Positions 22,801-37,800 of a stretch of 64,000 nt of DNA are shown one piece after another. The notes below the pieces were generated by a model. That model saw only the letters and a list, made by a program, of their open reading frames with translations, ran no database searches and was not told the DNA's origin. Each line of letters opens with the position of its first letter. Position 1 is the first letter of the stretch. This DNA is from Hypanus sabinus (lineage: Eukaryota): assembly GCF_030144855.1 (NCBI RefSeq), contig NC_082727.1, forward strand, positions 18,538,001 through 18,602,000, given 5' to 3'. The translations under genes and the position numbers were made by a program.

Positions 22801-25800
22801 CTGAGCCAGCGACCAATTCCATTTTAATTAATTTGCAGTTCACTCCTAACTTACGCCGCATTGCTTGTTTATTGTTAGTTTTCATATTATAAATCTCAAG
22901 GCTAGCCAGTTCAGTGTCATCTCCATCATTATCTCATTTTTTTTTTTCATTAACAGCATGCAGATTTTGAAATGTGCAACTTGGTTTTTAGCCTTTTCTT
23001 TTCCCTGTGCAGTTAATTTAATTTTGTCTGCCCAGCATGCTCTTTGTAAGCACCCTACTTGCTAGTTTGTATTTTCTGCAAGTTTCACCTTTAAATCTGC
23101 ATTGGTCCAGTGAATGTGAAAATCTGCCACAAGGGCAACACAATTTGTTCAGCCAGGTCGGTTTCTGTTTGGATCTTGCAATTTTATTCATGCTCACTTT
23201 CATTCCTGACTGCAATTCAATTGCATCTCTGGCTGTTGTTTCCATTGGTTCTGCAATTTGAACTGTGCTTTTAAATGTAAGTTATGCTTCAGTTAGGAGC
23301 CTCTTTTGAATGCTTTCCTGTAGGGTTTCACAAACTAAACTATACTTCAGAGAATAATTAAGCCCATTACTGAACTGACAATGCTCAGACAATCTCTTCA
23401 GATTAGCCATTTATGCTGAAATGGACTCCCTTCTTTTTGACTCTGATTATGAAACCTAAAGCGTTCTGCAGTCAACAATGGTTTTGGTTCTGAATGTTCC
23501 TTCATTACTTTCACAATATCAGCAAAGCTCATATCAGCTGGTTTGGTTGAAGCAGTTAAACTTTGAAGCAAACTGTGTGCCTTTAGACCCAATGGACTCT
23601 GTAAAATTGGTACTTGTTTTTCATTGGCTATTCTATTTGCTTCAAAGTACTGTCCAATTAGCTCAGTTTGCATGGTCAGTTAACCATTGAGCAATCAAAC
23701 ACATCTATATTTCTGATGTAGCCAGCCATTTCTGTTTTATTTTAATGATTATCAATTGGTACTCACTCGCTGTTTATGAATCCATGAATTCTTCCATTTT
23801 CTGTCCTTTTAAAACTTGACTGGTCCTGTGCATGCTGTGCTTTTTTTAAAAAAAAAGCTTGTTAAATTTTACCTGTTACTAAAGGAGATTATAGTCAATG
23901 TCGATTAATAACTCAATTTAGATGGCCGGCAAATGGTAAAAATATTTAGGTATAAGAGTTGATAATGATATAAAGAACTTTTATAAATTAAATTACCATT
24001 ACTGAAAAAAATTCAAGAAGATCTTGATAAATGGATGGTATTACCAATAACATTAGTAGGTAGAGTAAATACCATAAAAATGAATATATTCCCTAGACTA
24101 CAATACTTATTTCAATCACTACCAATACATCTACCCCAGACGTTTTTTCAAGAGTTAAACAAATATGTGAGGAAGTTTCTTTGGAAAAGTAAGATGTCAA
24201 GAATATCGTTGGAAAAATTGACATGGAAATTTGATCTAGGAGGGTTACAACTTCCAAATATTAAGAATTATTATAAAGCAAATCAACTTAGATTTATTGC
24301 ATCTTTTTTTGAGAAAGATAGACCGGCATGGATTAGAATAGAACTAGATAAAATAGGAGAAAATACACCAGAAGTTTTTATATATAAATGGGAATCTAAA
24401 TGGATATGGGAAAAGAAAGAATCTCCTATATTAAAACATTTGATTGACTTATGGAATAAGATAAATGTTCATGATGAGATAAAGAAATCTTTATTAGCAA
24501 AGAGATCTTTAATTCAAAATTGACTTTTATTCCTTTTACAATGGATAATCAACTTTTATATAATTGGTTTCAAAAAGGGATTAGATATATAGGAGATTGT
24601 TTTGAAGGAGGTATATTAATGTCATTTGATCAATTAAAGAATAAATATAAAGTATCAAACAACTCTTTTTTTGTTATTTCTAACTAAGGGCTTATTTAAG
24701 AGAAAAATTAGGTCAAACAATGTTATTGCCGAAATCTAATGAAATAGAAACTTTAATTCAAAAAGGAAAGATTAAAAAATTTATCTCTTGTATGTATAAC
24801 TTGATTCAAAAACAGACAATTAAACAAGGAGTCCATAAGTCAAGACCAAAATGGGAAAGTGACTTGAATATTAAAATTGAAGAAACAAATTGGTCAAGAC
24901 TAGTCTTGATAGTATGACAAATACAATAAATGTCCGGTTAAGATTAGTGCAATATAATTTTTTACATCAATTATATATTACATCACAAAAAATAAATAAA
25001 TTAAACCCAAATTTATCCTATCAGTGTTTCTGATGTAACCAAGAAATTGGTACTTTTTTACATTCTACTTGGTCTTGTTCTAAAATTCAACCTTTTTGGA
25101 CAAATTTATGAGTTTTATTGGAACAAATTATTGGAACACAACTTCCACATAATCCAATATTATTTTTACTAGGCAATATTGAAGGGATAAAACCGAAACC
25201 CAAATTGAATAAATATCAGAAAGAATTTATAAAAATTGCACTGGCAGTAGCAAAGGCTATTGCAGTTACTTGGAAATCGGATACATACTTAAGTATAGAT
25301 CGTTGGAAGAAGGAAATTTATGGCTGTATTCCACTTGAAAAAATTACTTATAATTTAAGAGATAAATATGAAACATTTTCGAAAATTTGGCGCCCTTATT
25401 TACAAAAGACAGGATTAAATATATAGGTGCTCCAAAGATGAAATAATTGGTTATTTGGGGAAATAAATAAATATATATACTAAAGTTATTACGAACTCCA
25501 TGGAGCATGTGGGGATCTTCTGATATCCAGGCACTCTCTTTTTCTTTCTTTCTTTCTTTTTTCTATAGGGATGTTAGGGGGGAGGGGGTAAAGGTATATA
25601 TAAATTTTTTTCATATATTTTCTTTTATTTCTGTAATTATTTGAAAACACAATAAAAAAAAATTATTTTTAAAAAAAAAAAGCTTGTTCCTTGCGGCACT
25701 TCAACAGCTCAGTAGCCATCTTAGGCTTGTTTTAAAAATACCTTGTCACCACGTTAAACTTCAAAGGAAAAATAAAAAAGCCGTGGACGCGGGTCTAACT

Positions 25801-28800
25801 TCATGTTTTACTTTTACATACCACAGTGGTAGTGTCATGATGTATGAAATTCATGTATTTTACATACAGCCATCATGAATTATGTAAATAACTGAGAATG
25901 CTTGATCCAGACGTTCTGAACCTTTATGCCATGGGGCCTCTACTATTAACTAAGGGGTCCCTGGAACCCCAAGTTGGGAACCCCTGGTTTAATCAAACAA
26001 TTTATTCAGGAGCAGCTTTTACCCCTCTACCATCAGGCTGTTGAACAAAAGGGGACAACTTCACTCAACCTCAGTTGCTCCATTGCTGAAATGTTCCCAA
26101 TGGACTCACTTTCAAGGACTCTTCATCTCACGTTCTTTGTTTATTGCTTATTTATTATTTCTTTCATCCTGTATTTGAACAGTTTGTTGTATTTTGCACA
26201 CTGGTTGAACACCCAAGTTGGTATGGTCTTACATTAATTTCTGTTGTATTATTCTACGATGGGTTATCGTGTATGCCTTCAAGCAAATGAATCTCTGGGT
26301 TGTATATGGTGAAATAAATGCGTTTTGGGTAATAAATTTAAACTCCACATGCATCTGTAGAAATTTGTTAAAGTTTTTGGAGACGGGGCAATTCTATGCA
26401 AACTCCTAAGAAAGTAGAACTGCTGTTATGCCTTTTGTTGAAATGCCAGGTGCTGGTCCCAGGGCAGTTCCTCTCGAACCAAGGAATTTAAAGCTACTGG
26501 CCCTCCCTGCCTCCATTATCCTAACGAGGACTGGCTCGTGGACCTTTGGCTTTTTCCTCCCGCAGGCAGGCGTCAGCTCTCTCGCTGACATTGAATGAGA
26601 GGTGGTTGCTGTGGCACCACTCGGCCAAGCATTCCACCTCCCTTCAAGATAGGCACGCAGTGGGAGGCTCTGTGTGAGGTGATGAGTCACTCGCCACCAG
26701 TCTCCCTGAAGTTTTTCCACTGTTAACAAGGGCTGTGTCACAGAACAAAGGTGATGGTGGCACTGGAGAGAGTGACGCTGATCGAACGAAGGCCCACTGC
26801 GTGAAGAGGCTGACCCCCCCCCCCCCCCACTTCTACTTGTTGAGGGAAGCTGATGAGGAGACCTACTGGGAGTGAACTATGAAGAAGATACGGGAAGAAT
26901 GTTTCCAACTCCTGGGGAAGAGGGTAAGCAGAGGCTGTCGGGATCAGAAAGTCCGGCAGGGAATTCTGCAGGAACTCCTTTCCCCAGAGAGCGGCGAGGA
27001 CATGGAACTCACTCCCACAGGGAGGGATTGGAGTGGAGTGCGTCAGTTTGAGGAGAAGCTGGGTGCAGAGGAAGGGGAAAGAGGGCCCTGCTATCTGATT
27101 GACATGGGAAAAACAATGGGAGGTTCTGCACAGCCTTGTTGGGCCGAATGGCCTGTTTTGCATCACGTGCTACGGATGAAAGATTGTTAATACGGGATTA
27201 AATTTGTTTGGCCCGTGCATCGAAACATGGTGGAATGCGTTGGCTGTGAGAGGGAACTGGGGCACCCGAGGGAGAGCGTACAAACTCCTTCCACCGGCAG
27301 GGTTGAACTTCAGCTGGCGCCACAAAGCGTTGTGCTAACTGCTAGGTTACTGTGCCACCTCCATACGGCCTGTCGTTAACAACGGGTCGTTGAGGCTGCC
27401 CACCACATCACTGGCACCAGCCTACCCATCACCAGGGGCAGAAAGCTGCTGGGAAAAGGCCAGGAGCCCACCCACACTACTCATGTTTGCCCTACCCTAT
27501 TCTGAGGGAAAGGGGGGGAGGGCACATCGCATCCACGCCAGGACCATTAGTTACTTTCCCCAAGCAGTAAGGCTGATCAACACCTCCACCCACTACCCCA
27601 CTCCATTAACCCTCCCCATCACCACTGCTGTATCATTTCATGTCAGAATCACCTGGCATCCAGACCCTCCTGTCACGCTGCATATATAAGTTCATCTTGT
27701 GTTTTTCTCTGTTCTTTCTGGATATTATGTCTTTTTGTGCTGCATTGGATTCAGAGTAACAATAATTTAATTCTCATTTACGCTCGTGTACTAATGTATG
27801 ACGAACTAATCTTCGTGAGGGAGTGAAAGGGAAATGTTTAAACAGAACATACTAATCGTTGCTTTCTCCGTTGCCGATCTGCAGGGGCGGCAGCTGGCCT
27901 ACACTAACAGCTCCAGGAACGACCTGCTGAGTCTGAACCTGTACAGGAGCCCGATGAAGGAGAACATCGAGCTGCTGAGCGACCTGGTGGACGACGAGCC
28001 CTCCGACAGCAGTAGGTACGAGCGCTGGGACGTGTCAGCACTGGAGGACTTCACCAAGTACACCAAAGCTGACCTGTGGAACAATAAGGAGCTGGACTTG
28101 CTGGGCCTGGATAAGAACCCCAGCCCTTACCAGAACGAGGCCAGAGTCGCCCAGACGCCCACGCTGGCCGAACTGAATGCGGATGACTCCCAGCAGGTGG
28201 CTGACTCCTGGTGTCTCCTGCGGGCTGCCAGGGAGGCTTCTCCATTCTCTACCAGGCTTGACGTGGCCATTAGGGCCATGGAGACCCCTAAGAAGTCCAA
28301 CTCCATGGATTCTTTAATGGATTCTGACTTCCACTCAGATGGGGTGTTTTTCCAGAGGAGGGAAGACCAACTTGGCCTCTTGAAGAGCGTTGTGCCCAGT
28401 AACAACACAACAGGGCCCAGAAATGTTGAAGCTCCCCCAAGATCTGGTAACCAACTGCTCGCTGACCAAACAGCCCCGGTGGAGCCTGCACCAGACCGGG
28501 GAAAGGGAGCCGCTCGTGACCGGCCGGCGCCCAGCTCCTGGAAGCAGCTCAAGTGGCCGGCAGCCGCGGAGGCGGAGAAAGCTGGCGCTGATGACGGAGA
28601 CGGCCGGACCTTCCCTGCCTGGCGGCCGAGCGAGGAGGCTGGGCCGGAGGCGAGGGCTGAGCTGAAGTACGAGGAGCACAACTACTCGCTGTTTAGCGCG
28701 GAGAGTCTGGGATTGCATCCGGGTGAGGACCGACTGGAGCCCGAGGATTGTTCGGACAGCGAGCAGGATGATAGCGAGAATGAAGATGAAGAGGAGGAAG

Positions 28801-31800
28801 ATGATGAAGATAAAGATGACTTCAGTGATTACCTTTCTGAAGCAGGTACAACTGGTTTCAAATCCCCATTAGTGTTGATCTCAGCTGGGGTAAAATTAGC
28901 ACTAAGCAGTGTGCAGAAGTCATGTGACCTTAACACCAAGAAGCAGAATTAAGCCATTCAGCCCATCGAATCTGTTCTACCATTCCATCATGCCTGATTT
29001 ATTTTCCTTCTCAACCCTATTCCTTCTCCCCATAACCTTTTGATGCCCTGACTAATTGAGACCTCTGATTTAAATATACCCCAATAACTTGGCCTCTACC
29101 ACTGTGTGTGGTAATAAATTCCACAGATTCACCACCCTCTGGCTAAAGAAATTCCTCCTTATCTCTGTTTTAAAGGGCCAGCCTTCTATTCTGTGACTGT
29201 ACTCTTGTTGTCGACCCGATCACCATTGGAAACATCCTCTCCACACCCACTCTATCCAAGCCTTTCAATATTCCATGGGTTTCAATAAGATCCCACCTCA
29301 TTCTTCTGAATTCCACTGAGTACAAGCCCAGGGCCATCAAATGTTCCTCACACATTAACACTTTCATTCCCAGGATCATTCTCGTAAACCTCCTCTAGAT
29401 AGTCTCCAATGCCAGTATATCCTTCCTTGGATATGGGTTCCAAAACAGCTTACAGTACTCCAAGTGCAGTCTGACCAATGCCTTATAAAGCCTCATCAAG
29501 ACATAGAAATATAGAAAACCTACAGAACAATACAGGCCCTTCAGCTCACAAAGCTGTGTCGAACATGTCCCTACCTTAGAAATTACCTAGGGCTACCCAT
29601 AGCCCTCTATTTTTCTGAGCTCCATGTACCTATCCAGGAGTCTTTCTTTTAAGACCCTATGATATCTGCCTCCACCACCGTCACCGGCAGCCCATTCCAC
29701 ACTCACCACTCTGTGTTAATAAAAAAAAACTCACCCCTGACATCTCCTCTGTACCTCCTTACATGCACCTTTAAAACTGTGGCCTCTCGTGATAGCCATT
29801 TCAGCCCTGGGGAAAAACCTCTGACTATCCACACGATCAATGCCTCTCATTGTCTTATACACCTCCATCAGGTCACCTCTCATCCTCCGTCGCTCCAAGG
29901 AGAAAAGGCCAAGTTCACTCAATATATTCTCATAAGGCATGATCCCCAATCCAGGCAACATCCTTGTAAATCTCCTCTGCATCCTTTCTTTGGTTTCCAC
30001 ATCCTTCCTGTAGCGAGGCGACCAGAACTGAGCACAGTACTCCAAGTGGGGTCTGACTTGGGTCCTATTTAGCTGCAACATTTCCTCTCAGCTCTTAAAC
30101 TCAATCCCACGGTTGCCTTCTTAACCAGAGTGAACCTGCGCAGCAGCTTTGAGCGTCCTATGGACTTGGACACAAGATCCCTCTGATCCTCCACACTGCC
30201 AAGAGCCTTACCATTAATACTGTATTCTGCCATCATATTTGACCTACCAAAATGAACCACCTCACACTTATCTGGGTTGAACTCCATCTGCCACTTCTCA
30301 GCCCAGTTCTGCATCCTATCAATGTCCCGCTGTGACAGCCCCCCACACTATCCACAACACACCCAATCTTTGTGTCATCATTGTTTATACGCTGTAGTCA
30401 TCTCGACATGATGAGGGGTGTTTAGGGAAGGTATCGTGTGGGAAGAAGAAATGGAAACGTTGGTGAGCATTCACGCAAGGGCGTTCAGTTCTCTCTAAGA
30501 TAGCTGAGAAGCTTGAAGTAACCAAATAATATCTGGTAAAAGATGGGTGGCAGGACAGCAGTGTTGAGGAAGCAGGGAGTCTGCAGTTGGGCAGCTGGAA
30601 CACTGTGGGGGTGTGATTGCTCAAGTACTTTAGTAGAAGGACTAAAGGCTCTGACTATTATTTCAATGGAGAGAAAATTCAGAAATATGAGATGCAAAAG
30701 AACTTGGGAGTCCCCAAAAGGTTAACTTGCGGGTTGCGGAGGTGGTAAGCAGGGCAAATGCAGTGTTCGCATTCACTTTGAGAGGACTAGAATATAAAAA
30801 CAGGAACACAATGCTGAGGTTTTGTAACACGTTGGTCAGATCACTGTACAGTATCTCTAAATAAAATAATGCCATAGAATGGGCCCTTCAGCCCACGATG
30901 TTGTGCTGACCATCCTAGCCCTTCTGTCCATGTTTCTATCATCCATGGGCCTATCTAAGAGTGTCTCTGTATCTGCCTCTACCACCACACTGGGCACACC
31001 ATTCCATGCACCCATGTAGTTTAAAAATAACTACCTCGGACATCTCCCCTAAACATTCCTCCCCTTGTCTTAAAGTATTGGAACTGTTCCCCGGGGCAGG
31101 CAGCAGTTGTGGAGAGAGTCCACATCAGGCTGATGAGCTGCCGTCAAAATAATCTGGTTCTAAGGTCACATCTCCAACTCCAGCCGTGGACCGATTTGTT
31201 TCGCCCTGGTGGCCTGCATCTTGAGTGTTGATCTCAGCAGGTCAATTCGAGTTCAGTGCCAAATGCACAAGCTTGATATAAGAACACACTTGTGGCAGCA
31301 GTAACACAAATGCATAGCGTTAGGGATGCAACATTCATAGGAAAAACATAAATTAAACATAGATTATACTAGAATAAATGCCAAGAATTTGGGTGTATAA
31401 AATTATGAGGAGGTATAGATAGAGTAAATGTAAGCAGGCTTTTTCCACTGAGGTTGGGTGAGTCTTGAACTAGAGGTCATGGATTGGGGTGAAAGGTGAA
31501 ATAGTTGAGGGGGCATTTCACACAGAGCTGTCAGTGGAATTGGTGAAGGTGGGTTTAATTTCAACATTGAGGAATTTGGATTGGTCATTGAGAGTAATGT
31601 GGAGGGCTGTAGTCCAGCTACAGATCAATTGGCCTAAGCCGAGTACCGATCCAGAATGGACTGGATGGGCCAAAGAGCCTCTTTCTGCACTGCATTGCTC
31701 CATAACAAAAGTACAGTCCATTGCAGTGCAAAGTAGTCAAGGTCATGATGTAGTGCTGGTTGGTCCAAAAGCCAAATGTTGAAAGGAAGTAGTTGTTCCT

Positions 31801-34800
31801 AAACTCAATGATGTGGGCCTCTGACTGACTGTCTTGTTTGCCAGAGAGTAGATGGTTTGGTTCCTGATCTGCTGGTTATTTTAGTATGATCTAGTTCTCC
31901 CCCCACCCCTGCAGTAATAAAGTGGCAGATATAAAGGTGGAAATGTCAAAGAGGAAGAGGAATAAAACTGGTTTCTCTCGGAGTGAACTCTGCAGTGAAT
32001 TAGTCCATTTAAGGATAAGTCATCCTTTGTGCATTCATTAATCTTTCTCAGGAAACGAACAAGAGGTCTCTGCTGACGTTGCCTCGGAAACAGGCGTTAG
32101 GAGACTGAAGCGGCGTTACTTCTGGGAGTACAGCGACAGCCACACCACGCCCAGCAAGCAAGAGCATATCCTGCAGCCCTCGGAATGGGACCCCTCCACG
32201 TTGCCCAGTAACATTTACCAAAAGGAGAATGGCGTCGGACAAGGTAAACACGAGATAGATTATGGTACTGGTTATCTTAACCACAGGTATCTTTGACTAT
32301 TCAAGTCTTCCTGTGCTCTGGAGTCCCAACTTCATTGGCTTCTGTGAAGCCAATTTTGAGGAATTTTCTTACATCATTATATCACTGTGAAACCCAATGT
32401 ACATCCCAGCCTGTCTTTGAAATGTTAATATCAGGTAAATATCTTCTGGGATGTAATGAATTTTCTCCTGAAAGTTTTCAATTAATAATGGCAAAAAAGA
32501 ATCAAAACCAATTCAAATTTTGAAACCCTATTTGTTCCAGGATTGATAATGTTTTTATAAAGTCTTGCCCGAAGTGATTAAATAAGCATATGAAAATAGA
32601 GGTATTTTAAAATCCTTTTATTCTACCAAACCTAGTTTTATGAGAAAATTATATGTCTCCTCAGCTGCTTGTAAAAGCACTCAGAAGATGACTTGGAGTC
32701 AGATTTTATAATATTTATAATTTGCAGTTATCCGGTCATACAGACCCCACAGAAACAGGCCATTCAGCCCATCACATCTATGCTGACATTTTTGCCCATT
32801 TACACAGGTCCCCCTCTGAGGCCATCTCCTCCTGCTCCTTGACTAGTGTTGGTCTAGACATCTCTTTCTTGTCACTGTATCTTATTCTGCCTCTGGCAAC
32901 GAGTTCCACATATCAGACACTTCCTGGGTTTATTTTTTTTTAAAAAAAGCTTCCCCTCATGTTTTTGACACTCCTACATAGCGAAGTGTTTCTGACCCTA
33001 CCCTATCTGTGCTTCTCGTCATCTTTTATACCTCATCTCCAGTCAGCCTTCTCTCCAGGGAAAACAAACCCAGCCTATTGAACCTCTCCCCGCCACCAAA
33101 ATCCTTCGTTCTGGGCAGCATCCCGGTGAATCTCCTCTGCACCCTGTCCAGCTCAGCCACATCCGTCCTGTAGCGTGGGACCAAAACTTTAGACAACCCT
33201 CGAACTGCTGCCTGTAACATCCCCAGCTCCTGTACTCAGTTGCCCTGACCATGAAGGCCTTTATTCCTCAGGGCTCTCTTAATATCTCAGCTTTTAGTGT
33301 TTTTAATTTTTTTCCCCCGGTTGAAATGGCTAACTTTATTTGTCAGGTGTACATGAAACATACAGTGAAATGCACAATTTGTGTTGATGACCAGCACAAT
33401 TCGAGGGCGTGCTGAGGCAGACACGCTTCAGCGCTAACATAGCACACCCATATACTTTTACAATGTGGGAGGAAATCAGGGCACCCAGAGGAACCCTACA
33501 CGATCACGGGGAGAACGTACGCAGTCCATACAGAGAGCAACGGGCGTTGAACCCCAGTCTTTAGTGCTGTGCAACATAATGCTAACTGCTACATCACTGT
33601 ATCGGCCTTTTTCCCGGCGTGCCTCCACTTGTCAGACGCCTGCCCCCTCGCACTGAGCACCTGCATCCCTCCTCGTGTCCTGTTTCCCTTGTGTTATCCC
33701 GTTCTGAATTCCGGGGTGAGGGGGAGGTGACTCGGGATTCTCGCGAACCGCTCTCCCTTCTCGTTCGCTGCGCCCATCTGGCCTCTCTTTGTCCTCGATC
33801 TCCAGGGCGGAGACTGGCGAAAAAGTCGCGCCGCACCGATGTCGACGACCTATCTCCCAACCCGCGCAAGCTGCTCCTCATCGGAGACCAACTGAAGAAG
33901 CTGAAAAAGGTAATTGATGATCTCCGGCCAGTGAGTGAACTGCCGATGAACGCCAGGCCGCGATCCAGAAAGGAGAAAAATAAACTGGCCTCTAGGTAAA
34001 TAACCACGGCCCGCTAATCAGCTCAGCACTGTCGGTAGATTGTCGTTTGGCAGACGTGCGCTTCACCTTCCCTGTCTTCTTTTGCACTTTCTTTCTGTCA
34101 TTCTCATCCCTCGGATATAGCCCTTGTGGAAAACAGCAAGTGCAACCTATTGAACATCAAAAGGCCTAGAACAGATATGAGGAGGTACTTTAGCCAGGAG
34201 GAGGAAAATCGGTGGAATTCGTTGCCACAGATGGTTGTGGAGGCCGAGTCATCGGATGTACTTAAAGTAGAGGTTGATAGGCCCTTGATTAGTAAGGGCT
34301 TTAAAGGTTATGGGGAGAAGGCAGGAGAATGGAATTGAGAGGGAGAATGAATTGGCCTTGATGGGAAGGTGGAGCAGACCTGATGGGCTGAATGGCCTAT
34401 TTCTGCTCCTATTTCTTATGGTCATATTTAACCTGAGAGAGGATTTTGATTGAGTGTCGGTGATGTTTGGAGTCATCTGACAGAATGTCATTCAGTGATT
34501 CTACTGACTGCATACGATGTGCGTCAGATTGAATTCAACCGCAGAATTTCAGTAGCTATCCTGTGTTTCTGGTGAGCCTGCTCTGCTATGGTTGGGAGAA
34601 GCTGCTATAGTTTCTCATCCCACCCCACCCTCAGGATTTTTTTTTTTTTGACTCGAGTGCTGGTTAGTTGTTGGGCAAGGATGCGCTAGAGGCAGCCGGC
34701 AGATGTTGCCACACTTCCAGCGCCAACATCGCATGCCCGCAACGACTAACCCTAACCCGTACATCTTTGGAAAGAGGAAGGAATCAGGAGAACCCGGGGA

Positions 34801-37800
34801 GACCCATGCAGTGACAGGGAGAAAGTATAAACTTCTCGCAGACGGCAACGGGGATTGATCACTGGCGCTGTGAAGCGTTACGCTGGCCATTATGCTATTG
34901 TTCCACCCATCCTCTGTAACAGATGTAACTCCTGCCCTTGTCCCTGAGCCAAAAGGGACGTTGATTTGGCACAACTCCTGTATTAGACTGAGGTGTAAAC
35001 CTCAACTTGACGGCTTGTAGTCGCCACTCAAAGATGGACGACTCGAGTCCCAGCCACTCTGGGGTTTTTGAGCAGAGAGATCCAGGAGACCACTCCAGGG
35101 CAGTTGTTGGGGCTGCTGTTCCAATTCATTGCCCTTTCTCCCTTCCTTGGGCAGCTGCAGAAGGTCCTTGGGCTTTTTTGTTAAAGATCACGGGTGTTAG
35201 CAACAACAATCTTCTCGTGTCTCTGGTGTCTCTCACCATCAAAGTTTGAAGTAAATTAATTATCGAAGTATGTACGTGTCGCCATATGCTACCTCAAAAT
35301 AATTTCTTTGAAGGTAATTATAGGAGAAGTAAAGAATGTGATAGAATTTATTTAAAAAAACTATTCATTAGCAAAGACTGACAAATAACCAATAGACAGA
35401 TACGTTATTGATCCCAAGGGAAATTACAGTCTCATATTAGCATTACAAGTGCACAGATATACAAATCTTAGAAGAGAAGTAAGAAACAATTAAAAAAAAA
35501 ATAAGTTACTACAATAAGTTACCTTGTTACCTCAAACAGTCTAACGGGAGGGGGTCATCACTTCCCCGGCTATAGGCTGACTCATTATAGAGCCCAATGG
35601 CCAATGGTAAGAATGACCTCATATATCACTCTTTGGAGCAGCGCAGTTGTCCTGGTCTATTACTAAAAGTGCCCCTCTGTTCAGCCAAGGTGGCATGCAG
35701 AGGGTGAGAAACATTGTCCAGAATTGCCAGGATTTTCCGTAGGGTCCCTTGCTCTCCCATAGCTTCCACTGGGTCCAGTTTGACTCCTATAACAGAGCCA
35801 GCCTTTCTAATCAGTTTATTGAGCCTGTTGGCATCACCCATATTGATGCCATTGCCCCAGCACACCACCGCATAGAAGACTGTACTGGCGACAACAGACT
35901 GGTAGAACATGTGAAGGAGAGAATATGCAAAAAGACAAACTGAGCAAATAAAATAAACAATACTGAGAAACGTGAGTGGTAAAGAGCACGTGAAAATGAG
36001 TCTCTGGATTGCTGAATCAGTTCAGAGTTGAGGTAAGTGAGGTTACCCTCGTTGATTCGGAAAACAATGGTTGAAGGGTCATGTCTGTTCTGAACCTGAT
36101 GATGTGGGCCATGCGTTCCTGTACCTCCTGCCCCATGGTACGAGCAAGAGACAGGTTTAAAGTTTCAGATTAATTGATCTGGGATTATTTTGTATGTTAT
36201 TGATCTTTTCCCAGAGTCCTACAGCATACAACAGGCCCTTTGGCCCCAAGATGACTGGTCCCATTTACCTGCGTCCGACCCACATCGCTCTGAACCTTTC
36301 CGATCCATGCACCTGGTCTAATTATAGCTGATACAATTTCTCGTTCAGATATTAAATTGTGTATTAAAGCAGATTAGGATTCATTCATTTATCACATGAA
36401 CGTGAAAACATCCAGTGAAATCTGTTGTTTGTGTTAACGACCAGCACAAGTTAAAGATGTGCTGGGGGACATCCCGCAAGAGTCACCACACTTGCCTTCA
36501 CCAACACGGCATGCCCACAGTATTCAGCAGAACAAAATAACCATTTCATAGCAACACACAAAATGCTGGAGGAACTCAGCAGGCCAAGCAGCATCTATGG
36601 AAAAGAGTAAACAGTCGACGTTTTGGGCCGAGACCTTTCAGCATTGGATTAATTTTGGGGACATAATCTACTGCAGAATCTGGAATACTGGCAATAGTTA
36701 GCACTAATTACATTGCACATTGTCGCAATCCATCACTTTTAGAATCTGGTTTAACATCACCGGTGTGAAACTCGTTGACTTTGCAGCAGCAGTACACTGC
36801 AGTATATGATAGTAGAGAGAAAAGGCGAATTACAGTAAACATATTTACGTGTGCGTGCGCAAGCACGCTCACACCCCCCACCCTTCCGCACACTTTGACT
36901 AATTTAGCAACTCTCTGCAACTTTCTTGATCTTGAGCAATAGCTGCCCCTTCCCCCTCATTCTAGATGGTGATGCAGCCAGTCAAAATGCTCACAGCAGT
37001 CCATCTGTAGAAATTTCAGTGTGCTTTAGGTGACAAACCAAATCTCCTCAGAGTCCCAATGAAATATAGCCGCTGACTTCCCCGCTTTATAGCTGCATCA
37101 ATATGTTGGGACCAGGTTAGGTCCTCGGGTAGATTAACATCCAGGAGCTTGAAACTGGTCACTCGCTCCACTTCTGATCCCTCTGAGGACTGCTGTGTGT
37201 TCCCCTCGCCTCACCCTTTCTGAAGTCCACAGTCAATTCTTTGGTCTTACTGACGTTGGGCGCAAAGTTGCGGCTGTGACACCACTCCACCAGCTGGTGC
37301 ATCAGGCTCTTGTACGACCTCTCGTCACCACTTGAGATTCTGCCAACAATGGTCGCACCATCAGTAAAGTTATCGATGGTATTTGAGCTGTGCCTAGTCA
37401 CGCAGTCAAGGGTGTAGAGAGAGTAGAGCAGTGGACTCAGCACGTATCCCTGTGGAGTGCCAGTGTTGATTGTCTACAAAGTGAAGGGCGTGCATTGAAT
37501 ATTTGATTCTTTGGAATTGATTTAAATTTGTGACTCGTAGAACATTGTGTGTGTAAATATACAAACACTACAAATTTTTGAAATATTTCAGCCCCCTCAC
37601 CAGGCTCAAATTGGCTGATTGTCGGCTCTTACTGACAGTCACGGGACTCAGCGGTACGAAGGCCACCTTTCATAGTCTCGGTTGTGCAAATACTGCCCAT
37701 ACACAATTGTCAGTCAGCAAGAAATAACAAATTGTACACTGCAAAAAACTTATAGAGAAAGTGTATTCACAAACTTCAGCTTTATCGAACAGTTAGTGGG

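Noticed and set aside
27834-28952. 372-aa ORF as a stand-alone gene
   Set aside because: It is one internal exon (27885-28845) of the spliced CREBRF-like gene; the extensions at both ends are intronic read-through.
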